From Octopus sinensis (lineage: Eukaryota), in the NCBI RefSeq assembly GCF_006345805.1, contig NW_021824708.1:1-36113 (forward strand): a stretch of 36,113 nucleotides of DNA. Direction: 5' to 3'. Position 1 is the stretch's first letter. Every line of letters begins with the position of its first letter. The notes beneath the pieces are model-generated. The model saw only the letters and a program-made list of their open reading frames with translations, did not search any database and was not told the DNA's origin. This document shows, in pieces, positions 12,456-24,869 of this stretch. The position numbers and the translations under genes are program-made.

Positions 12456-12506
<51 letters not shown>

Positions 12507-12604
12507 GTAATTATATATACTTACATTTTGTATTCTATTTTACTGTTTGTCTCTTCAAACCTTAACCCATAGAAACATATGTATGTATATATGTATGTAA
12601 ATAT

Positions 12605-12862
12605 GTGGAGGCGCAATGGCCCAGTGGTTAGGGCATGTTTATTGAGCGAAAACACCTAAAGCTCCACGAGGCTCCGGCAGGGGTTAGTGGCGATCCCTGC
12701 TGTACTCTTTCGCCAAAACTTTCTCTCACTCTTCCTTCTGTTGGCCTGCTCGCTTAGTCAGCGGCGTGGCGTCATTTGAAGGCTAAAACAATGCGAAGCG
12801 CATTGTGATCAGCGATGTGTAGCAATATCTGATAGCCTGGTCAGTTACGGTGATCCCGGTGA
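12605..12862 (+). mobile_element. SINE family B, internally deleted head, third tail type
   Basis: gtggaggcgcaatggcccagtggttagggc joined directly to tgtttattgagcgaaaacacctaaagctccacgaggctccggc. Confidence 0.8.
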
Positions 12863-13409
12863 CATATATATATATATATATATATATAGATATATATATA
12901 CTATTATATGTACATATTCGTGTGTTTGTGTCTGTGTATTATAAGATTAAGATAAAAATATATTTGAAACTTTGTAAATGAATGTATTTTTTACCATAAT
13001 AAAAAATAAATGTTACACTGAAGAAAATGGTAGAAGATTAATACAAATGCATTTCCACTGTAAGTCGGTGTGAGGCGCAATAGTATTAGGTAACCGGTTA
13101 ATGGTACTAATCTGTATGAATGGCTCCCATAAACATTACATACAAGGTAAATGAAAAGAAATTGCAACTGTTGGATGTGTCATTAAGTTAAATAAGATTT
13201 ACAGAGAAAGGTTTCTTTTAATATCATGTTTAACTATTTAATAGCAGTCTAGTGTTACAAGTGTTAAACACGACAGATACTGAGACTTAGTTTAACTACT
13301 ATTTGCTCTCTTAGTTTACAGATTAACAAGTCACCTTGACGAGAGTTTAAGCCAGCTTTGAAGCATTTGATTTATATCATATTAAGATATTAAGATGAGC
13401 TAAACAATT

Positions 13410-14268
13410 TACTTTATTTCATGGAAGCTGCTGAATACAAACCAAAGGTATGGATACGCAAGCAAGAAGATTCCATTGCAACTAAGTTGTGGGTACAATA
13501 CCAGTGTTTTGGATGTCTTTCACTGTCACATCCTCTTCCAGTCTGCCAAAGCCTCGTAAGTAAAATTTGGTGGGTACAAACTCGCTCTTGAGTGCTAAAC
13601 TTATCCCATTCCCTGGTTTATCACATTAACGTGACACTTAGAAGCATGTACGGAAAATGCAGTTTCCTTTGCAAGAATTCGTGACAGGATCTGTAGGTAA
13701 ATCTGACCATAATCGTATGAAACAGCTCTCAATTTCTGGGCGAAAGAAAACCATAGTTCTTAAACCAATGGCAGAATCAGTTGTAAAGGATTTCAACTGG
13801 ATCTGTTCCAGGAGGAATGGCAGTGAATTTCAGAAGTCATAATTTACCATGCTGTCATGCTGGAGCACCGTCTTTAATCGAGCAGCTCGACCCCGGGACT
13901 TATTCTTTGTAAGCCCAGTACTTATTCTATCGTTCTCTTTTGCGACTGACTGGTTATAGCACTCAAAGTAGCTTGGGTCTTGGGCAGCTTAATCATCCAG
14001 GGGTATTACAATGCAGACTGTAGCACATAATGTGCAAGCTGGTGCCGAGTATCCAGGAGTTATGACCTGGATGCAGCCTGGTCCCTTTATACTATAAGGC
14101 GTTAAGGGTCGAAATATTAGCATGTGGTGGTGGTGTCTTCCCTGAAGACCTTCTGCTGTTCAGCTTTCTCTTGAGCTCGTTTATACCCTGTCCAAAGATA
14201 ACTTTGTTCAGCCAGTCATTGAGGTTCTTAGAAGTCTCTGGGTGTTACTCATCCTCTTCTGAATAAGC
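13410..14268 (-). pseudogene. Possible decayed coding sequence of unknown protein, split by a SINE fragment
   Basis: Single frames with scattered stops: MSNTQRLLRTSMTG*...GRHHHHMLIFRPLTPYSIKGPG... and ...LRTMVFFRPEIESCFIRLWSDLPTDP...KFYLRGFGRLEEDVTVKDIQNTGIVPTT*LQWNLLACVSIP. No family recognised, and stop depletion is weak. Confidence 0.25.
13855..13942 (-). mobile_element. SINE family A fragment
   Basis: catgctggagcaccg.ctttaatcgagca.ctcgaccccgggacttattctttgtaagcccagtac. Confidence 0.85.
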
Positions 14269-14559
14269 TATGAAAAGTATTCAGTATGTATTAGCTTCAG
14301 ATTGCAAAGATTCATATAGAACATATAAAAAAAAAAAAAAAAAAGCCATGGCAAAATATGATGCAACCATTTATCAGTCGATCAACTAGGCGTCAGTAAC
14401 TTACCAAAGTTTCAAGGAGGAATGAAACGGAAAGAAATTCCTACTGACTTCAACAAAAATTCTTCATTTGTTATTTTCATTTATCTAACGTAAGCATTGC
14501 TTTATAGCAACCGTTGTTGTTGATTTATTCCATTTTTAGTTTAACTTATCATTAAGATT

Positions 14560-14780
14560 CTTCGGAGAAGCGGAAAATAAAACATTTACCTGAGCGTCTA
14601 CTCATTAACGTCTCTCAATACTTGACATTTAAACTGAACAGCTTGTCGTTAGTTGACTTTTTATATATTAGGTGTAACTTCCGGACTCGGAAATGCAACG
14701 GTAGAACATTGTAGGCAAAGAACACAATGCATTCTGGGAGCAATGATATTCTTCAAGGAGTAAGTCATTAATTCCGGACA
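14560..14780. promoter_or_regulatory. Promoter-like motif cluster (ETS-type CCGGAA/CGGAA; ZNF143/Staf-like tgcattctggga)
   Basis: gcggaa at about 14570, acttccgg at about 14677, ctcggaaat, tgcattctggga at about 14728 and ttccgga at about 14772. Short motifs only. Confidence 0.3.
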
Positions 14781-15099
14781 TTTTCATAACACTTTGGTTA
14801 AAACATAAATTTCGAATTCATTCGATCGTCTTGTTAAAATGTCAGGAAACTTAATGGCGAACCAGACTGATATAACTTGTTCGAGAGAATACCATATCAT
14901 GACTTGCGTCATCTCGTTCTTTGCACAGCTCTTTCTGAAAGGAAACATTTTTCTTTCCATTTTCTATCTAAATATATTTCATACTCACACCCAAATAAGC
15001 ACACACAACACACACACACCACACCACACACACACACCACACAACACACACACACACACCACACACAAAACACACACACACACACACACACACAAACAA

Positions 15100-15129
<30 letters not shown>

Positions 15130-15130
<1 letters not shown>

Positions 15131-15392
15131 ATCTCCCGATGAGCTTTACTATTATAGTCCGAGTTTCTCTTGATTGTTTTGAGGTTTAGAAATATCCCAG
15201 AGTACTCACACAGGAAGGAAGCAAAACGAAAGAAGAGTGTTTGTCCATAAATTGATTGCTTTCACCACAAATAAGGTGGCTAATAAATTATGTGTCCATA
15301 AATTATTTGATTACGTCACTCGGATGGTGGGATTAAGAAAGACTTGTAGCCCCAAAGCTCACCTTTTCCAATTATCAGCGAATTCTAGGGGA

Positions 15393-15430
<38 letters not shown>

Positions 15431-15697
15431 TATTCTTGTAGATATATCAATCAAGCGGTAGCAAGATATGACGCTATACTAGTCTCCTAGAATTCGCCGC
15501 CGATAATTGGAAAAGGTGAGCTTTGGGGCTACAAGTCTTTCTTAATCGCACCATCCGAGCAACATAATCAAATAATTTATGGACAAACACTCATCTTTCG
15601 TTTTGCTTCCTTCCTGTGTGAGTACTCTGGGATATTTCTAAACTACAAAACAATCAAGAGAAACTCGGACTATAATAGTAAAGCTCATCGGGAGATT
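15130..15697. repeat. Long inverted repeat (fold-back element), arms ~260 and ~215 bp
   Basis: 15130-15392 is the reverse complement of about 15482-15697. The left arm has an extra ~51 bp bounded by the direct repeat tgtccataaatt. The spacer contains (CA)n. Confidence 0.92.
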
Positions 15698-15829
15698 CTC
15701 TTTGAACATATGAGAATATGCAATCCATATTCTCATATGAAATCCATGCAAGTTGTTAATAAACATGTATTTCTATTCAAAATTTTCTGCACCTTCGTAG
15801 GTATGACATTAAAATGCATCTAGTGATGA

Positions 15830-16770
15830 GGTTCCAGTTCGGGCGTTCTGGAGGTGAGAGGGAATACAGAATCATCCCTTAATTTCTATTATTCCCAGGT
15901 CCGTTCTGAACCGGAACGGTTGTAGCAGTCAGGGCCCTATCTATGAGTTAAAAAAAGTTGTGTAAAGGTAGATTAGTCACCTTATTTGTGGTGAAAGCAA
16001 TCAGTTTAGGAGAAGGGTTCCTTCCAAATAAATACTCTCTTCAAACATACCCTAAGCCAGCACAGAAGAGAATGGCTGATGACACCAACAAGAGATATGT
16101 CCAAAAAACATAGATTCATAAATGGAGGTAACAATCTCATGTTTGTGCGAATTCTGCCGCAGGTGGAAATAACGGGAAATAATTATACTAAAGTTCTTAT
16201 TCTTTAGAACCACATTGCGGATTCGATATTCCTTGAATTGTTCACTGGGGTCCAGATGGACTTCACATCTTAACCACCGCTGACTTCAATCTTCGTATAA
16301 CTATTTGGTCGCTTACCAACAAGAGTATATCATATATACGGTACCCCAAACAGTGCGAAAAGGGGTACGACTATAGTCAAGATGGCCTGTTCATGGCGCT
16401 GACAGAACGGATTTGGGATTTTCAGAAATAGAGATCGACCGGCTAATTCGTACATTAGTATAAACTTAATCATATGTTCATTCTCTACAAACATTTGACA
16501 GAAAACGTTCAGAGCATTGCTTGTTTGGATCTGTTCTGTCAACTGTGTCAGTCTTAACTTACGACGCCAAACATTGTTACTTGATAACTAACACACGGGC
16601 GTAGCGGGGAACCTACAAAAGTTTCTAAGACTAGTCATGTGACTATCCTCTACCAATCAAATCCTATTCTTAACACATACTACTTTGAGCCATGAACTCA
16701 CTATAAAAATAGGGCAAACCTCAGACACTAGTCACAATCAAGACAGCTGTGATATAAGCCATGTTTATCT
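15830..16770 (+). mobile_element. Highly degraded LINE-like sequence (RTE-like 5' region / endonuclease, tentative)
   Basis: Weak cues only (cagtttaggagaagg; ...ILNTYYF...HY...SQ). Confidence 0.2.
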
Positions 16771-16894
16771 ATTTGAACTTTTTGAAAATCAGTGTAAACT
16801 GTGAAACCGGTTAAAGCTTCAAATATATTAATAAGAAATATTTTAACTATTCCTAGTGCATTTTCAACTTCTATCCCCCCCCCAAAAAACACAT

Positions 16895-16930
<36 letters not shown>

Positions 16931-17126
16931 TATTATATATCCTATACATATACAGTTTACATAAATGTTACTCTATAGATACATATACTTATATCAAAAA
17001 TACACATACATGCATATTCATATACACACGCACATACACACAAATGCACACACACACACACAAATACATACAAACACACAAACACACAAACACACACAAT
17101 CACACACACAAACACACACACACACA

Positions 17127-17182
<56 letters not shown>

Positions 17183-17922
17183 CTGTGTTGGCGTTCCGAT
17201 AGGAGGAAATAGCTTTCAAGCATCAATAACAAGTTCTTTTAAGTGTTCGCTAAATCATTATCCTATTACAAGATACCAGATTTCATATAAAAACCGTTAA
17301 TCAAAAACAAGTGACAACATAACGTTTGTAGGCATAAATATATGGATGTACAGAAGGGAAGTAATAATTTATTGACTTGTTCAGTCTAAAGTGTTTAACA
17401 ATCTTAACAACATTGCACAAAATGACCCGATAGAATGGGGACATAATTTAATAGACGTATCTCGTGCATTCGAGTTTTGCCTAATGTACATTCCATTATA
17501 AGCCATTATTTAATGATATATGTCTTTGAAAAGAATGGTAATTTCTGCTATTGATGTATCATATCACAGTTAAGATAGTATCATCATAACACATTCTAAA
17601 TATTTACTGATAGATATCATGCTTTACGGTTCCACAAGTGCCTCTTTGCAAATTTCGTATAGATCCTAAGTAATATCGTAATCAACTTATTTGATGTTGT
17701 ATCCAACAAAAAAACGAACAGGCAAGCAAGCAAGCAAGCAACCAGTTTCTTGTTTTGTTACCACGATATATCTTTTAAAACATATGCTTTTCAGTCATTG
17801 GTCAGAATCCATCCTGGGACACCACATTGAACACCACCTATATATACATATACATATACATATATATATATATGTACATACATGTATCCACACACATACA
17901 CACACACAGACAAATACTTATA

Positions 17923-18590
17923 CAGGGTGTGATGGGTAAACTGTCGCCATTTTATATTTTAAATTTCGTGCATGCTCATTGTTTTTGATTTTGTCGACTA
18001 CACAGTATAGTAGGGTCAGCTGGGCACCGTCTCTGAAAAAACAGCACTATGAAGCAATTCATTCTGCCATAAATTTGGAAACGACACGTTGTATTGCTTG
18101 GCATTTGCACCGGAACCTCCAATACAAAGATTTCAGAATGTCTGGGTGTCAATCTGAGGACGTGTACCGAGAGTTATAACAATCAAACATCCAGTCAACA
18201 CCATAGTGTTTGGAGTGATCACTAGTGGTGGCGACGTTATGCCTTCATTCATCTTCCCGCACGGCGTACATCAAGTGCCTGGACGGGGGTAGTGCTGCCC
18301 TGGGTCGAGAGGCTGGTTACTGGAAGACCCTATGTCTAGCAACAGGGCTCTGCACCATGCCACACAAGCAGGAGAGCCCAGTCATGGTTGTCAAACAATT
18401 TCTGCGGCCACATCACCCCACTAACATCTGGCAAACTGACTGCCCAGACTGCAACCCCACTTCATTATTATGTGTGGGGTACAGTAGAAAGAGAGACCAC
18501 CAAAACTCCTTGTAAAACCAAAGATGAAATGAAGGCAAGGATTATGGCAGCATTCACCACCTTGACCAAGGAGACGGTCACCAATCTCAC
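17923..18590 (+). mobile_element. Tc1/mariner-superfamily (maT/DD37D-like) transposon relic, internally deleted
   Basis: TA|cagggtg terminus. Frameshifted transposase MKQF..WKRHVVLLG..ISECLGVNLRT; KHPV..VFGVITSGGDVMPSFIFP; QQGSAPCHTS..SWLSNNF..PDCNP..YYVWGTVERET..LKARI-like. Confidence 0.8.
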
Positions 18591-18638
18591 TTACGGGAGA
18601 AGTGGGAAACACGTCCTCTCCCTCGTATATTACTGACT

Positions 18639-19024
18639 TGTGGAGGCGCAATGGCTCCGTGGTTAGGGCAGCGGACTCGCGGTCATAGGATCGCGGTTTC
18701 GATTCCCAGACCGGGCGTTGTGAGTGTTTATTGAGCGAAAACACCTAAAAGCTCCACGAGGCTCCGGTAGGGGATGGTGGTGATCCCTGCTGTACTCTTT
18801 CACCACAACTTTCTCTCACTCTTACTTCCTGTTTCTGTTGTACCTGTATTTCAAAGGGCCGGCCTTGTCACTCTCTGTGTCACGCTGAATATCCCCGAGA
18901 ACTACGTTAAGGGTACACGTGTCTGTGGAGTGCTCAGCCACTTACACGTTAATTTCACGAGCAGGCTGTTCCGTTGATTCGGATCAACCGGAACCCTCGT
19001 CGTCGTAACCGACGGAGTGCTTCC
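18639..19024 (+). mobile_element. SINE family B, full length with 12-bp target-site duplication
   Basis: Intact A/B boxes. atattactgact at 18627-18638 and 19025-19036. Confidence 0.92.
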
Positions 19025-19039
19025 ATATTACTGACTGAC

Positions 19040-19690
19040 CGCAGTACTTTTAGTTCACGCCTGATCTGACTAGAACGCTTACTCTCACGTTTTCTCCACT
19101 GGTCTCGGGCTCTATTTGGTGTCAACAATCACGAGTGGAAGATTGGGCTTGCCGTGGCTGATGATACGTAGATATACTCCGAGGTTGCTGTCTCTCCGGT
19201 GTTTCCTTGACGGTGAGTAAATGTGGTCACCATTAAACTCGCTTTTCCTCACGTAGTTTATCTCTTTGACAAAGCTGCACTCCTTGATCAAGCGTAGATC
19301 AAGCGTAGGATGCTTGCAGTTCTCTGCAAGTTGGGAAATGCTGCTGGTGGAACATCCATTTCGGAGGTTTGTGGAATTCAAGAGAGACGATCTTCTCGAG
19401 GAGACTCTGGGCCTCGACAGGAATCACCCGGCTGCACAATTCGTGGTCACAATGCACTTCTTGCATTGTTACAACTTATACTTATGTTTCTATCATTTCC
19501 TTCCTTGTTCCTTTCTCTCCATCTCTACGAAATTTACTTCTTTTTTTCTTTCTTCCATATTTCCTGAGCACCAACTAACACCAACTTTGTGTTTATTTTA
19601 TTTGCTTAATGTTTACCTCGACTTTGTGTTGTATCTTTATTATCTTTGTGAGAGAGACGGCGATAATTTCTTACTATGAATTTCTACATA
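19040..19690. other. Unclassified complex sequence, probably a decayed retroelement fragment
   Basis: Higher GC/CpG than background and short ORFs on both strands, with no recognisable motif. Confidence 0.2.
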
Positions 19691-19725
19691 TTCAAATTTA
19701 TCAGTAACATACTGTACCATACCCA

Positions 19726-19931
19726 TTTCTTTATTACCCACAAGGGGCCAAACATAGAAGGGACAAACAAGACACATAGGTATTAAGTCGATTACATCGA
19801 CCCCAGTGCGTAACTGGTACTTAATTATCGACCCCGAAAGGATGAAAGGTAAAGTCGACCTCGGCGGAATTTGAACTCACAACGTAACGGCAGACGAAAT
19901 ACCGCTAAGCATTTCGCCCGACGTGCTAACG
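19726..19931 (-). mobile_element. SINE family C
   Basis: Close reverse complement of 35375-35599, including the tail. Confidence 0.9.
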
Positions 19932-19948
19932 TACCGACACAGATGTGC

Positions 19949-20298
19949 TCCCACCCGACTTTGTTTCCTCAGAACTTCCAGGAAACTGGATTTTTTAATG
20001 AAATTTTATCCTAAATGCCTCTCAGACGGTGTAGATTACTAACATATTGGAATTTATTACTAAAAATGTGAAAAAAAAAATTGTTCAGTGCACACACATC
20101 ACCAAATAAATATTATCTACCGAATGAAACTTGAATATAATGTGTGTCAATATGCATGTGTTAGCACCCATCACCAAAGATCTTTTTTGTTTTACATTGA
20201 ATTCCGATATAATCGGAATATTCACTGTCTGAGAAGATTCCATAAAAAACGTCCATTTTTCTGAAAGTTATGAGGAAACAAAAATTGAGGGGGGGGAC
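19949..20298. mobile_element. MITE-like element with ~100-bp imperfect terminal inverted repeats
   Basis: tttgtttcctcagaacttccaggaaactgga vs tccatttttctgaaagttatgaggaaacaaa; ctcagacggtg..ggaatt vs aattcc..cactgtctgag. Confidence 0.7.
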
Positions 20299-20426
20299 AT
20301 TAAGTAGGGATGCTTTATATATTAAACTGTACTAATAGAGGGAAATAAATATTTAAGCAAAATCCCGCACAAAATCTGACCGTAGAAACACTGATGTATC
20401 AGTAGACCGTAGATTTATTTATAAAA

Positions 20427-20435
20427 GTGCGTTTG

Positions 20436-20466
<31 letters not shown>

Positions 20467-20512
20467 TGTGTGTGTGTGTGAGTGTGTGTTTGCGTGTGTG
20501 TGTTTGTGTGTT

Positions 20513-20544
<32 letters not shown>

Positions 20545-20619
20545 CGTGTGTGTGTGTCGTGTGTGTGTGTGTTGTGTGTGTGTTGTGTGTGTTTGTGTGT
20601 GTGTGTGTGTGTGGTGTGA

Positions 20620-20650
<31 letters not shown>

Positions 20651-20705
20651 GTTTGTGTGTGTGTGTGTGCGTGTGTGTGTGCGCGTGTGTGTATGTGTGT
20701 GGTTG

Positions 20706-20745
<40 letters not shown>

Positions 20746-20750
20746 TGTGT
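20427..20750. repeat. Long (TG)n microsatellite
   Basis: Direct inspection. Confidence 0.95.
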
Positions 20751-20945
20751 TCTAACTGCCCATTATGTTTAGGTGTTTTATAGAAGTGCTTTGAGCGTAT
20801 TATGAATGTTAAAGATTCTCCAGCAGACTCCGAAATATTACATAAAGATCGCAAGAACGCACGTTAATCTGCTTATATCGGTTCTTAATCATCGATTTGT
20901 CCCGTAACATTTGGCGAATATCCAGTATTGAAGAGAAAGAAAGAC

Positions 20946-21270
20946 ATGGACAACTCTTTCGATGGTGAACCGGAAAAAACGATAGATAGGTCGTGGGTTT
21001 AATTTATGAACAACTATTTTAACAGGGATCTGGAAAAACGATGCAACGTTTAGCGATTCGATGCATGGACAAAAATGTCAATAGTGAACTAATCGAGAGG
21101 TTGACGGTTCGATACATGAAGGACTGTATAGTGATTTAGACGAGTAACTGAGGAGATTACAGGTCGATACCTGAAAAACTGTTGCAATATTGAATTTATA
21201 TAAAAAGCTCAAGGTTTAGATAACACGATTAAGAATTTCAATAGTGAACTGAACAAATGATCAGACAGCC
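20946..21270 (+). repeat. Highly diverged ~55-60-nt tandem repeat (~6 units)
   Basis: Unit starts at about 20946, 21006, 21065, 21116, 21171 and 21228, sharing (a/c)tg(g/a)a..a...aatagtgaact...gg(t)tcgatac. Confidence 0.45.
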
Positions 21271-22721
21271 CAATATTTTGCTCTATATTCCGACGGCAGG
21301 GAGCTACTAAATGATCGAGCTCTATCTGCTAGACATAACAGCTAAAACACTCGCAAATCACATACATTCTAAGATTTTTGGGAAGAAATACTTTAGATAA
21401 AGCATACACTTTTCTTCAAAAATGAAGACCGCTTGATTATGGATAGATCGCTTTTGATCATAGGACAACTCGATCAGTAATAGCTGCAAGCTACACGACA
21501 ACGAGACTGCTAATCATAACTGATCCTCGGAGCTAGCTTGTTTTTTTATTCTTCCACTCTGATACGTTCGACTCACTCGTCTTTATAACTCTTATCACTC
21601 CTGTTGTCTTTAAACCTCGATCCAGTCCCTCGCCATCAACCATTATCCGCAATACTTTTCCCCTTGAACGTAACCCACATCTGAAAATCCCCCCAGTCTT
21701 CAGGTTTTGACTCGCAACATTTTAAACATCTGCATATCAAAATCATGCCTCATTTTGTTTTCATGAAGGGCCGAGTCTGTTCGGTGAATATATTTAACAG
21801 CTGCGGTATTAAAACTGTATCAAAGTAGCATAATAATTTGCCATATAAATCAGGGCCAGAAGAAATTAAAAGTTTAACCAAGGCCTGCATGTTAAAAAAA
21901 TAAAGCACAGGTGTCAATACTTTCGAATCTAACGGTTGTATAGCTGGCCCTGAGCCGCAGGTATGCGCCTCTGGTCCAATAGTGTGAAATCAATATTTTT
22001 AATAAAGTTCTCAAAGCAAGCAAAGTCCAATAGTATGAAATTTATGGAGTGGCTGGGTTTCTTTTTTATGGTTTTCATTTTATAAAATCTGATTTGATTT
22101 TTCAAAAATTTTCTGAGTCAAGAGAAGGACTTTGATTGAATTTTAAACTCAATAATTCAGGTCTCAAATTAAAATGTTCACATTTTGAAGTAGCATTCTC
22201 TTATAGAATATCATCGATTGTAACGCATATACATTCGTTTTTCTCTCTCTTTCCCTCCTTTGTTTCTCTCTTTCGTTCTTAGGTCTCTGTCTCTCACTCC
22301 CTCTCTATTGCCACTCTATTTCAAACACACACACACACACACACAGGCCTCTTCTACTTTCTCACTTTCTCATGCAGACACTTATAGACATAGGCGCCGA
22401 TATACAAACTCTTGCTGATGTATTAGCTCTTGTGCACTCTTATTGTCAAGTACAATCAGGAATATTAAATAATATCACACATCACCAACAACAACAACAA
22501 CAAAAGCAATGACAACAACAACGAAACAAGACACATAGCTGTTTTACATAAATATTGCTTCAGTTCAGAACATGTACAAAAGTTTTCAATATATTTACTA
22601 TCATGGCTGTTCAGATATTTCTGATCAGTTTCTAATGTTTTGTGTGCCGTTATGTATTTTGGAGTTGGGGTGCACATATAATGTGTGTGTGTATGTGTGT
22701 ACATATGCATTATGTATTTAT

Positions 22722-22762
<41 letters not shown>

Positions 22763-22776
22763 CACACACATATATA

Positions 22777-23178
22777 GGCGCAGGAGTGGCTGTGTGGTAA
22801 GTAGCTTGCTAATCAACCACATGGTTCCGGGTTCAGTCCCTCTGCGTGGCATCTTGGGCAAGTGTCTTCTGCTATAGCCCCGGGCCGAGTGGGTTTGTGA
22901 GTGGATTTGGTAGACGGAAACTGAAAGAAGCCTGTCGTATATATATATATATATGTATGTGTGTGTTTGTGTGTCTGTGTTTGTCCCCCTAGCATTGCTT
23001 GACAACCGATGCTGGTGTGTTTACGTCCCCGTCACTTAGCGGTTCGGCAAACGAGACCGATAGAATAAGTACTGGGCTTACAAAGAATAAGTCCCGGGGT
23101 CGATTTGCTCGACTAAAGGCGGTGCTCCAGCATGGCCGCAGTCAAATGACTGAAACAAGTAATAGAGTAAAAGAGAGT
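22777..23178 (+). mobile_element. SINE family A, full length
   Basis: tRNA-like head with A-box (tggctgtgtgg) and B-box-like (gggttcagtccc), internal (TA)/(TG) tract, tail ending gaaacaagtaatagagtaaaagag. Confidence 0.92.
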
Positions 23179-23466
23179 ATATATACACACACACACACAT
23201 GTATGATAATAATATTAGGGAGTATGATCCAAACTTACAGGGAAAAATTCAATTTAGTATTAAATCAAATTTCACAATATAAATATATAATATATATAAA
23301 TTAGAGTAAAATCACTATTAAGTAATTCAAACAATGATAGACATAAACCAAATCATAAAGAAAAAATAAAATATAAAATATTTAACTAGATCACAAAAAG
23401 TATTTAAAAATGAATAAACAATATATAATAAGTAAAAAGACCAAGCCAGACAGTGGACTTTCAAAG

Positions 23467-23528
<62 letters not shown>

Positions 23529-24074
23529 TATCTGAGTGCCTGTTTATATATAAATATATTAATCATAAAGCATCCAGAATGTCACTACGCGATAACGAAC
23601 TCAATTTTAAAGCGAAGAATATATTTTTACGTGAATATTTGCCCTATACGTGTGCAGGTGTTTCAATTCCGCTTTAACACTCTTTAGGGGTCTTATTCTA
23701 TCCCTGTACACGTATTCTATGCAAATGCGTTATTGCAAATAACAGTTAAAGTTTATACATGAATGTTTGTTTAATATGTTGCTAAATTTTGGGTTTAGAA
23801 GTGTTTCTCAACGTTCGTTTTGCTTAAATTCAATTTAAGTGCGTTAGGAAATTAAACTTTACTCACTTTCCATTGTCGTCATGTCAGATTTATGTTAAAG
23901 CGCTGGCTTATTCGATTTGTTATCAAATGAAGCGTGGAGTTGGACGAACAAAAGATCGGAGAACATTTATCTGTATTATGTATGCATTCGCTTGTAACGT
24001 ATTACTACCATTCCAAGAAATTACAGTCCAGTGCACATATGTTGTTGGTTCAATTTCGACTACTTTTGTTGTCT

Positions 24075-24292
24075 ATATTGATTTTTAATTTTGGCACAAA
24101 GCCAGCAAGTTCGGGGGTGGAGGTAAGTCGGTTATATCGACCCCAATGCTCAACTGGTACTTATTTTATAGAGCCCGAAAGGATGAAAGGCAAAATCGAC
24201 CTCGGCGGAATTTGAACTCAGAACGTAAAGACTGATGAAATGCCGCTCAGTAGCTTAGTATCGGGCTAACGATTTTGCCAGCTTGCCGCTTT
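24075..24292 (-). mobile_element. SINE family C
   Basis: Shared core and head. Confidence 0.85.
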
Positions 24293-24869
24293 AGTTCAGT
24301 TATCTATATCATTGACATCTCGAAGCCTTCTGGCAACACAAGTATGCACAGCCTTCTACTGGGGTCCATACATCTTCTCATATGATGGCCTATTGTGGTG
24401 GAGTCGTCAAATTTTTCTGGTTAAGAATTTTAGGTAACAAGTCAAGGAAATCTTTCTAAATGCCTCTTTTCAAATTTCATAATATCAACGACCTCATGTA
24501 TGTAGATTAATTCTTGGGGGCGCTTTGACATTTAGTGGTATGAGTTGATGTCGATGGGATATGATGTTGCATTCCAAAGCTATTTAGATCAATGTTTAGC
24601 CTCTGCTACCTTGTTTACGTTTTAGGTTGGAGACAGTCCATATCACAGTTGATGTGAAAATTCATAGTAATAGTTAATAGTTTTCTGGATTTAACATCGA
24701 TAACCCAAATCTCATCTGGCGTCCGATTGGTTAGCTTATATCCTGGTATAAATACTGCACAGCAAACACATAAGATACTAATTTATTGTATGCTGCAATT
24801 TCAGAGAATCACATTTTTTTATCGTGATGTTGAATTACTGGTTATACGTTTCTTGTTACAAATTCCATA

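Noticed and set aside
18639-18715. tRNA gene (also 3378, 3678, 35885)
   Set aside because: The tRNA-like heads continue into SINE bodies, and the 18639 copy has a target-site duplication.
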